Shown here one piece after another: positions 1-8,095 of a DNA stretch of 28,138 nt. The stretch comes from Emiliania huxleyi CCMP1516 (taxonomy: Eukaryota): positions 372,001 to 400,138 of the forward strand of contig NW_005201421.1 in NCBI RefSeq assembly GCF_000372725.1, given 5' to 3'. Each line of letters begins with the position of its first letter. Position 1 is the first letter of the stretch. The notes under the pieces are model-generated. The model saw only the letters and a list, made by a program, of their open reading frames with translations. It was not told the DNA's origin and ran no database searches. A program made the position numbers and the translations under genes.

Positions 1-32
<32 letters not shown>
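1..32. repeat. (GA)n microsatellite, probably intronic in the PDT gene
   Basis: Perfect GA dinucleotide run at the window start. Confidence 0.95.
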
Positions 33-38
<6 letters not shown>

Positions 39-62
39 AGGGGCCGCGACTCTGCGGCGCGC

Positions 63-881
63 CAGCAGGTCGACGTAAAAGGTGTACTCGAAGCTAGCCG
101 CCGGCACAACCGCGGTTCCGTTGGCCGCGGACGCTCGGCGCGCCTCTGCGCCGCCCGAAGCGCCAGCGGCTGGGCCTGCTCCCGCGCCGAGCACGCCTGC
201 AGGAAGGTGCCGGGAAGGGTCTCGGAAGGGTGCGTGCCTTTGGCGTCCTCCTGCCGAGCTGCTCTCGCCAAGCTTGTGTGGCTACATCTCGGCTATTCTC
301 GCCCGGCTTGTGTGGCCGGCTCTCGATCTTGGAGAGGTTGATGTCTCGCACCGCGAAGACGGACATCGCCTTGAAGAGGACGCCCGCCTGCTCTCGCCCG
401 CGAAGCTGTGACGAGGCGTGTGACGAGGCGCTCTTCACGCCGCTGCAGCCGTGGAGAGGGCAGGTCTTGCGTTCACACCTCGTCGCGGTGGGGTGACGAC
501 CTCGGCTGCATCTCGGCTATATCTGGAGAGGACAGGTCTTGCGTTCACACCTCGTCGCGGTGCGGTGTGAAGACGACGGACGTCTTGGCGGCGAAGCCGA
601 GAAGCGCGCCCGGAGGCGGCGCGGCGCGCGAGAGGATGAGGAAGCGCGTGAAGTTGTTCGGGTCGTCCTCGATCCCGTAGTCCAGCACCTCGAGGCCGTG
701 CACCTGCCATCAGAAGCGGCGGGCGCCCGTCCGAGCGGCGGCGGCGGACGGGCGGCGGCGGCGGACGGGCGGGCGCAAGAGAGCTGGCGCCGGCAAGAGC
801 AGCGCAGTCCAAGTGTTGCAGTCCGAGTGTTGCAGTCAGAGTGCAGGTGCAGGCAGAGCGCAGTGGTGAGTAGGAGATACA

Positions 882-935
<54 letters not shown>

Positions 936-1534
936 GCGGCGGCGACAGAGAGAGCTAGAGCGCGCTGGCACGCCTTGGCCGCGTGGATGGAAGCGATCGC
1001 GGCGGTGTCGCGCAGCCCTTGCTGCACCACCAGCTCTGCTGACCCGGCGGTGTCGTACCCGACGAGGGGCGCGATTCCCGCCGTGCGCAGGTACGACTCT
1101 GTCTGTGCAAGCGCCTGCGGGTGGCTCATCGCCTTCTTGATGTCGTTGAGCTGCACACCGGGCAGCGCGAGGAGCGTGTGGCGCACGCGGAGGGTGTACT
1201 CGCCCAGGATGTGCACGGCGCCGTGGAAGCGAAGCAGCAGATCATAGTTGACGTGGATGGAGCCGCCGAGCGTGTTTTCGACCGGGAGAACTGCGTAGTC
1301 TATCGCGCCCTTTGAGAGCGCCACGAAGACGTCCTCGAAAGTGTGGAAGCCGCGAGCTTGTATCTCGTCCACGCCGGCTGCGGCGAAGGCCTCGATGGAC
1401 GCAGACTCACTGTACGCGCCGGGCACGCCCTGGAAGCCGACCGTGGGCTGCGACATGAGCTCCGATATCGAGCTTTTTCTTTTTCTGAGTTCCATCTGTT
1501 GCGTGTCGTCTTCATCTGTCTCGCGTCCACCCAT
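63..1534 (-). CDS. pheA: Prephenate/arogenate dehydratase with ACT domain; spliced, 3' end outside window
   Basis: Exons about 1534/1495..974, 703..551, 387..303, 196..63. They give FQGVPGAYSE, VLPVENTLGGS, SHPQALAQ, DTAGSA, IEDDPNNFTRFLIL, KTSVVF, AGVLFKAMSVFAVRDINLSKIESRP and FEYTFYVDL, all hallmark PDT/ADT motifs. Donors are GC (973), GT (550), GC (302) with CAG acceptors. The start ATG is uncertain (1534, 1495 or 1456). Confidence 0.93.
883..942. repeat. (GGC)n trinucleotide repeat in PDT intron 1
   Basis: About 20 GGC/AGC triplets inside intron 704..973. Confidence 0.9.
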
Positions 1535-1993
1535 ACCGCGTTGGTGTCCAGTCCGAGCCTGGCTGTTCTTCACCTTCCTACCTAACCTAACCTGTTGAGG
1601 TTCAGGCGTCGTAGGCCGACCCGGCGTATACGCGGGCCGTGTTAATCGCTGGGTTTTGGGCTATCCGGGACCATCCTGCTTCTCGAAGGCCCGGTCAACG
1701 CCGATTTGCTCTGCCCCGCCTGCACGACCCCGCCCCCCAGCGCCCCCCCGCCAAGCGCCTCCGCACCCGCCCCTGCGGCTCGTTCTGCGACGAACACGGC
1801 ACGGGCCACCTGCGACGAGTGTGTGTGGCGCTGGTGGCGAGTGGATTCACTTGTGAATTCCTTTCACCTCTGTGCCGCCGTTCCCCTCACCCTCCTATGG
1901 GGTGCGTTTTCCCCTTCTTTCTCTAAAGGCGCCGGACCTCACGTTATAAAGCTGTACACGCAGCGACCCCAGGTGGGCCCACAGCCTCATCGC

Positions 1994-2427
1994 TCAGACA
2001 TCCTCCGCCTCGACCTTCTCGACGAGCTCGTCCTCGCTCTCGGTGGCGCTGCCGTCGGTCAGGGTGAAGCGCGGCTGCAAATGGGCGCAGCGTCGACCGG
2101 TCAGAGACGCACGGCGTCGTGTGGGTGGGGCGGGGTGGTCACGAGGCGGTGTGTCTGTCTGCTGCCATTTGTCTGCGAGCGGCGCCTCTTCCTCTCCCTT
2201 CTCTTTTGGATCGTCAAGCTCCGGCACGTCCACCTATAGAATTGAAGCGGGGCGCAAGAGCAGTCACGCCGGACACCCGCCGGTGTCCTTGGAGTGGGTC
2301 ATCACGCCTGTGACACGCTGCGGTATTCGCTCTTGCGCACTCGCGCAACGCAAGAGCAGAGCGCGCAAAAGATGCAGACCACGACGGCGACGAGGACCAG
2401 CACTGCGGCCAGGGGCTCCGACACCAT
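1994..2427 (-). CDS. Small single-pass membrane protein (~119 aa), two exons
   Basis: Exon 2427..2308 MVSEPLAAVLVLVAVVVCIFCALCSCVARVRKSEYRSVSQ (TM helix, Cys cluster, basic residues). A 74-nt GC..AG intron (2307..2234) joins it in frame to the acidic tail VDVPELDD...EAEDV*. Confidence 0.6.
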
Positions 2428-2949
2428 CGACAGTGGCCATGGTGGCGGCGAGGCCCGCGAGAGGAACGCGGGGCAAACGCCCAGCAGGCGTCCGACGCTG
2501 CACCCAGCAGTGCCTGTCATAGAAGGCGAGGTGAGGAAGCAGGGAGGGCCAGGTCACGCCCCGGTCCCAAGCAGTGTGGTAGCAGTCTGCGGACTAATCG
2601 GCTACACGCCTGCTGCACCGCTGTCTCCCTGAACCCAGCCCGATCCTTGCCCTAAGTTGCCATTCCGCAGGCTGGCTAGAGCCCTTGCCGGAATCTCAGC
2701 CCGAGGGTGAAGCGGCGGCGGGAAGGGAGACGGCGACGGCGGAGGCGGCGGTGGCGGGGGAGGAGGTGAGGGTGGAGGAGGGCTCGATAGAAACGGAGCA
2801 GGTGGACGCGGCAACGGCGGCGGGTGCGATTGCGCAGCGCCCATATATGGTTGTAGATGACTGATGAGGCGTGTGCAATACGGTTTATTGAGGGTCGAGT
2901 TCGCGTCCGGCCGGCAAGTTTTGTGCAGATTCGGAAAGAATGTAAATAA

Positions 2950-3400
2950 AACACAGCACACAGGCTCGACTCGACACAGGTGCGAACTGGCGCGTGCTAG
3001 AATTTCAGAAAGGCTAGAGTTAAGCTGAAACCCGGTACACGGAGCCCTCTCGGAGACCCGTGTTTACTTTACGGCCCTTTCCCTGCGAACGCGCACCCCC
3101 GGGGCTAGGGCTCTCTAGCCCGTAACCCGATACCGATCATCCGGCCCGCTGCCGGCGCTGGGTGCGCTTCTCAGCTCCCCGGCCCTGGATGGATGTGAGT
3201 GAGGTTAATGACTGCACTCCAAGTGCTCCAAGTGCTTTCGGAAAGAATTCAAGAACGAAGAACTTCTCTCACAGGAAAGAAATTTACAGACAACGCTCTC
3301 TCACAGCAGACAGGCTCGACACATTACACAAAATTCTCTCTCACAGAAAAGACTCGATCGATACAGGCGCGGACTGGCACGTGCTTGCTGGTACTAGCAC
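2950..3400. repeat. Dispersed repeat-family copy related to the 22.2-26.7 kb complex
   Basis: 3049-3232 (ctcggagacc...gactgcactccaagtgctcc) is nearly identical to 25019-25193 and partly to 26525-26600. Also contains ggcgcggactggc, tctctcacagc and acaggaaagaaattt pieces shared with 22.3-22.5 kb. Confidence 0.85.
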
Positions 3401-3584
3401 ATCTCTCTCCTTGTGCTCTCGAAGCGCCATGCACGCACCCACACCAGTACGTACACTTTGCGTGCATTTCTTCATTTCATATTGTCGCCGGGCGGGTGCG
3501 GAGTCCGAGAGCGGCGGGAAGAAGTCCTCGGCCGGATTGTCGAGCGTGTTTGCTGCCCGCGTGTGGTACTCCTCACACTTTCAC

Positions 3585-4655
3585 TTACGCCAATTTTCCT
3601 CGGCCTTTCTTGAGCTTGGCTACGAACCGCGTCGCCTTGACCGTTTGGTTGAGCAGTGGGCTGAAGGCGGCGCGGGCGGCGACATTGTCGGGACGGTCGT
3701 GCGCCATCGCCATCGTGAGGTTGGAGGCGGACTTGGACGCCATCCTGACCAGCGAGGGCCGGACGGGGCCGGCGCGCAGCGTCCGGATGCCGTTGACGAC
3801 GGCGACGATGGCTGCGAGGAGCGCGATCACGTTGAAGAGGGAGAAGAGGACGAGGCTGACAGCGACCATCCAGCCCGCAATCGACCCGTGCGACGCAAAG
3901 ATGGTCGGCGTAAGCCGAATGCATGTCGGGAAGAAGAAGAGGACGCGAGTGTACAGCATGAAGGCAATGGCAATTGCTGAGAGCGCGATATTGACCTTGG
4001 CGACCCATCCGGTGCCGCCGAGGTCGCCGAGCGCCATCAGCGGAAGGTTGGCAAAGCCCGGGACCGCCGCACCGAGGAGCAGCGCGCAGAGGAGCTGCAC
4101 GTCCGGATTGGACGCGAGGTAGAGGTGCGCAACCGACCCGGCGAGGAGCCCGAGCGAATGGTGGCAAATGATCAGAGACCAGATGGGCTTCGCCATGTCG
4201 CAGATGGGCTTTGTACCTGGAGGCGAGAGGTAGGCGTGCGCGATCTGCAAGCAGTGCTGCACGCCCTCGCCAATCTCAAAGCTGAGACCCACACGGAAGA
4301 GGGATGAGTCAACCTTGATATACGAGGCGACGAGGCATAGCGTTCCGATCGAATGGTGGATGAGAGCGACGTAATTGAAGCAGTACCCAGTCACAGCCTT
4401 GGCCACCGTATCTGGAGCTACGAAACCAGCCTCCTCGTACTGCCTCTTCACGTTGAGGTAGATGTTCTTCTGGCCGTTGGGCACTCGCTTGATGTACGCA
4501 TTTATCCCGACGACGATGGGTGAGAAGGACTGTGAGAGGAAGAACCACACGACTGCCTGGAGCAGGGCGGCACCGATGAGCGTGGTGATGTCGCCTTCGT
4601 CCGGAGGCGGCAGAGGCGGCGGCGGCGGCGGCGGCTTTCCGAAGAGTCCGAACAT
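3585..4655 (-). CDS. TLC (TRAM/LAG1/CLN8)-domain multi-pass membrane protein, intronless
   Basis: ATG at 4655 (MFGLFGKPPPP). Several hydrophobic helices with ALIHH, IICHH, FMLYTRV and SLFNV, matching the HH / FxxxR / N pattern of TLC domains. Confidence 0.7.
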   Translation of the reverse strand: MFGLFGKPPPPPPPLPPPDEGDITTLIGAALLQAVVWFFLSQSFSPIVVGINAYIKRVPNGQKNIYLNVKRQYEEAGFVAPDTVAKAVTGYCFNYVALIHHSIGTLCLVASYIKVDSSLFRVGLSFEIGEGVQHCLQIAHAYLSPPGTKPICDMAKPIWSLIICHHSLGLLAGSVAHLYLASNPDVQLLCALLLGAAVPGFANLPLMALGDLGGTGWVAKVNIALSAIAIAFMLYTRVLFFFPTCIRLTPTIFASHGSIAGWMVAVSLVLFSLFNVIALLAAIVAVVNGIRTLRAGPVRPSLVRMASKSASNLTMAMAHDRPDNVAARAAFSPLLNQTVKATRFVAKLKKGRGKLA

Positions 4656-4785
4656 GATGATGTTAGATCTTGACCTTGGTTCTAATCGACGACGAGCGCG
4701 GCGTTTTGCGGGCCACTGAGCGACCCGCGAACCTGCGTGAGTGTCGATGGCGAACGACACACAGCGCCGGCAAGCCAGCGTAGAT

Positions 4786-5866
4786 GGCGTCGTGTACCCC
4801 TCCTTTTGGTATAGGGATATCCCTACTGTGCTGCATTTCACACAAAAACATTTCACCCTTGGGGACCCGCTGTGTGCGGGGCGGGCCCCTGCTCACAGCT
4901 GGGACGACGGCAAGAAACCCAGGGGGGTGAATGAAGTGCTGCATGAATGGTTGCGCAGGTGTGAACAACACCGAGGGTCCCGCACACTTCCATATTCGAG
5001 AATATTCTCGAGAATATAGATGCCCCGGCCGGCTTTTCCCTCAAGAATATACGAGCTTTCCGCAGCCCTTGACCTTGGTGGACCTCGAGTCCAAAGATAT
5101 TCTTGAATTTCTTGACGTTGCCGCTGTGCGGCGTCTAAAACGGTCTTGACGAGAGAGCTCGAAACAGCTATTCCCCCCTCAACAGTAGGTTTCGGGTCGA
5201 TGCCGACTGAAATCTTTAAGTTTTGGAGGTTCTGAGCGGGTTTGGGAGCGACTTTTGGTCTCCGTCGATATACGCGAGGTCAAAATATTCTCAATATTCG
5301 AGAATATTCTCGAGAATATAGAGGGCCCAGAGAGAATATGATGCAAAGAATATAGATAGCCTTTGCAGAGAAAAGCGTGTAAAGGCCAAGCTCCAGGTGA
5401 TAGCCCTGGATGAGCAATGCAGAGATATTGTGCAATTGTGGACATGGTTGGTCTCTACAATATATACACTGACACTGAACCTCCCAGAGCTCGTCCCGGT
5501 CCGTCACGGCCATCCTCGGCCTCCGGAGGGCCCCCGGCCGCGGCGCGGTGCGGCGGAGTCACAAATCCGACGGCAGAGCACCGGGACGCGGTCGGGCGAT
5601 CTAAGGCCCAGTGAGGCGTATGCATTGCCCATCCAGGGCTATCACCTGGACCTATCAACAGGCGCCTGCGGCGCCGTGGTCAGAAGCTGCTGCTCCCACC
5701 TGTTCACACTTTCATAGTAGGGTAGTTGGCGTCGTGTACCCCTCCTTTTCACTGGGGACCCGCTGTGTGCGGGGCGGGCCCCTGCTCACAGCTGGGACGA
5801 CGGCAAGAAACCCAGGGGGGTGAATGAAGTGCTGCATGAATGGTTGCGCAGGTGTGAAACAACACC
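4786..5866. repeat. Direct repeat pair (4786-4972 and 5728-5866)
   Basis: ggcgtcgtgtacccctcctttt...ggggacccgctgtgtgcgggg...gtgtgaa(a)caacacc occurs twice. The second copy lacks about 50 bp. Confidence 0.9.
5392..5650. mobile_element. MITE-like element with 30-bp terminal inverted repeats
   Basis: tccaggtgatagccctggatgagcaatgca (5392-5421) vs tgcattgcccatccagggctatcacctgga (5621-5650), one mismatch. No clear TSD. Confidence 0.6.
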
Positions 5867-6154
5867 TCCTTCCTGACCACGGCGCCGCAGGCGCCTGTCT
5901 GTTGATGGGTCCAGCTCCAGGTGATAGCCCTGGATGAGCAATGCATGCATACGCCTAGTTGGACCTCAGATCCGACCGCGTCCCGGTGCTCTGCCGTCGG
6001 ATTTGTGACTCCGCCGCACCGCGCCGCGGCCGGGGGCCCTTCGGAGGCCGAGGATGGCCGTGGCGGACCGGGACGAGCTCTGGGAGGTTCAGTGTCAGTG
6101 TTACAGTGTATATATTGTAGAGACCAACCATGCCCACAATTGCACAATATCTCT
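5421..6154. repeat. Long inverted repeat, arms 5421-5683 and 5873-6154
   Basis: About 265-280-bp arms are reverse complements with few mismatches/indels. The loop contains the second direct-repeat copy. Confidence 0.92.
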
Positions 6155-6609
6155 CAGTCTAGCTAAGCCTGGGAAGGCGATGCCGGGGCCGTACAGCAGC
6201 TTGATGGTGCTTCGCCGGCGTGCGTCCCGGAGCGGTCCGGACGGGCGGTCCGTGGGAGGAAAACGAGGATCAGCGCCGACGCGCGACGGCGCTCTGATTC
6301 GACTTTTAACTTCAAACAAAGACAGTCGCACGCACCGCAGCGCTGTCAGGAGCGGATCCGTAGTTAGTCGTGTTCACGCCGGCCTCGTGATCCCCACAAG
6401 TCACAACCTGCCCAACCATTCCTCCATCACAGTATACACAAAACGAACCCAGTTCTTCTTTTTTTGTTTTTTCGCGACAACTCTTCATCGTTCTCATCGC
6501 CCTCGTTTTGCGACCGTAGCGGAAATGCCGCGATTTCTTTCTGGGGGAAGGCTTCGGCGGCGGCGTCGGCGAGGTCCCCGCCGCACCCCTATCGGTCCGT
6601 CGAGCCCGG

Positions 6610-7876
6610 ATGACCTGGTCATGCGGCGCCTGCACCTTCGAAAACAGGGACCACGACCGAGCGTGCACGGTGTGTGAGACGCCGCGACCGTCTAGCCAGC
6701 CGACGCCGGCAGTCCCGTTCAGCCAGCCGCCATCAAGCCGGACGCAGCGCGTTCAGGTCTTGATTCCAGCGGGCGCTTTCGAGGGCTCTACCTTTCGCGT
6801 GTCCGTCGGCGGCGAGCTCTTCGAGGCGGTAGTTCCTCCCTTCTACCGCCCTGGCATGAGCCTCGCGATTGAGCTGCCAGCAAGAGGGAATGCGCTGCCG
6901 GCGTGGAGCTGCAGTCGCTGCACGCTGGAGAACGAGCCCCACGAGCAGGTGGCTGAGCGCCACAGCGCTCCGCTGCCAGATACAGCTACACAGCTACAGC
7001 TGCACAGTTCTGACGGCGTCACCGCGTCCACAGGCTTGTGCGGCCTGCGGCGGTCCTCGTCCGGCGGCTGCCGAGCAGCAGCCGAGCGAAGAGGAGCAGC
7101 TGGCGGCCGCCCTGGAAGCAAGCCGGTGCTCGCCGATCACAGGGTCGGGTCTCAAGCTGGTGCTGTCACGTGAGCGGCTGCCTCCTCACCCGCAGGCTTG
7201 AGGCGCCGCCGCCCGCGCCGGAGCTGGTCGCGCGCCACACTGAGCTGGGCTTATCCCCAGACGAGGCAAAGCCCGAGGCAAGGGTGCGCTTGAGGGCCTC
7301 GCCGAGACTTCGCGCTCGTTGTAGGCGCTCGAACTGGCGCTGATGCAGTCGCGCGTGGATGCGTCCGGCGGCCCGCCAACCCACCACTCCGACATCACCC
7401 CGCCGCCTCCGCCGCCGACCGCCGGGCGGACAGCGTCAATCGCCCTCGCGAGACCTGTCAAGGCGGAGGCGGGCGGAGGGGCCTCCAAGCCGATCCTGCT
7501 CGCCAAGGTGCTGAGCGGCGTGGCGGGCATCGCAGGAGGCGGGAGGGCTCGCGGTGAGCTCCGAGAGAGCTTGCTCGATGGCGAAGGCGAGAGGTCGGCG
7601 GCTGCAGGCGTGAGCAGCAGTGCAGAAAATCGCTACCAGGCGCCGGTTGTCCCCACGCCACAAGTGGCGACGCCGTCGTCTGAGATGGACCGTTCCGTCA
7701 CCCAGCCGCTTAGTCTCAGCCGCCTCCTGCCTCTGGGCCACGGCCAGCCCGACCAGCGCAGTCTCCTGGCGGCATCGCGAGAAGATTTGGAGGAGGGCGG
7801 CGAGGACGGCGGCGTGAGGGCTGTCGGGACCGCCTTTCTTGGTGGGGCGGGCACGTATGGCAAGTTAGAAGGGTGA
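6610..7876 (+). CDS. RanBP2/NZF zinc-finger + UIM protein (putative ubiquitin-binding adaptor), four exons
   Basis: Exons 6610-6948, 7034-7125, 7196-7265, 7325-7876 splice in frame. WSCGACTFENRDHDRACTVC and WSCSRCTLENEPHEQACAAC are RanBP2-type fingers; EEEQLAAALEAS and DEALELALMQS are UIM-like. Confidence 0.8.
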
Positions 7877-8095
7877 GACCCGACTCCCGAGCCGAGCCGA
7901 GAGTTGTGGCTTGTGCAATTCAGCGCCTATGTGAAAGGTTCTCTGTACAAACCCCTGCACAAACACCGCATGGGCGGACACTTGCTCCTTTTACCCCCCT
8001 CCGGAGTTTTTTTTATTTTTTTCTGCCAATATTCGTAATACGTAAATCATCGCCCGCTAAAATTCATCGCATCCCCAGCGCAGAGGGGCGCGGTC

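Noticed and set aside
435..1247. Poly-Arg/Gly/Ala ORFs
   Set aside because: Translations of an intronic (GGC)n repeat or antisense to PDT.
1576..1593. Telomere-like cctaacctaacct
   Set aside because: Only 2-3 five-base units; too short to call.
2602..2961. Pro-rich minus-strand ORF
   Set aside because: Low complexity with no recognisable domain. It could be an upstream exon of the 1994-2427 gene, but I cannot support a splice model.
3162..4122. Long plus-strand ORFs (272 and 307 aa)
   Set aside because: Antisense shadows of the TLC gene, starting inside repeat DNA; typical of high-GC sequence.
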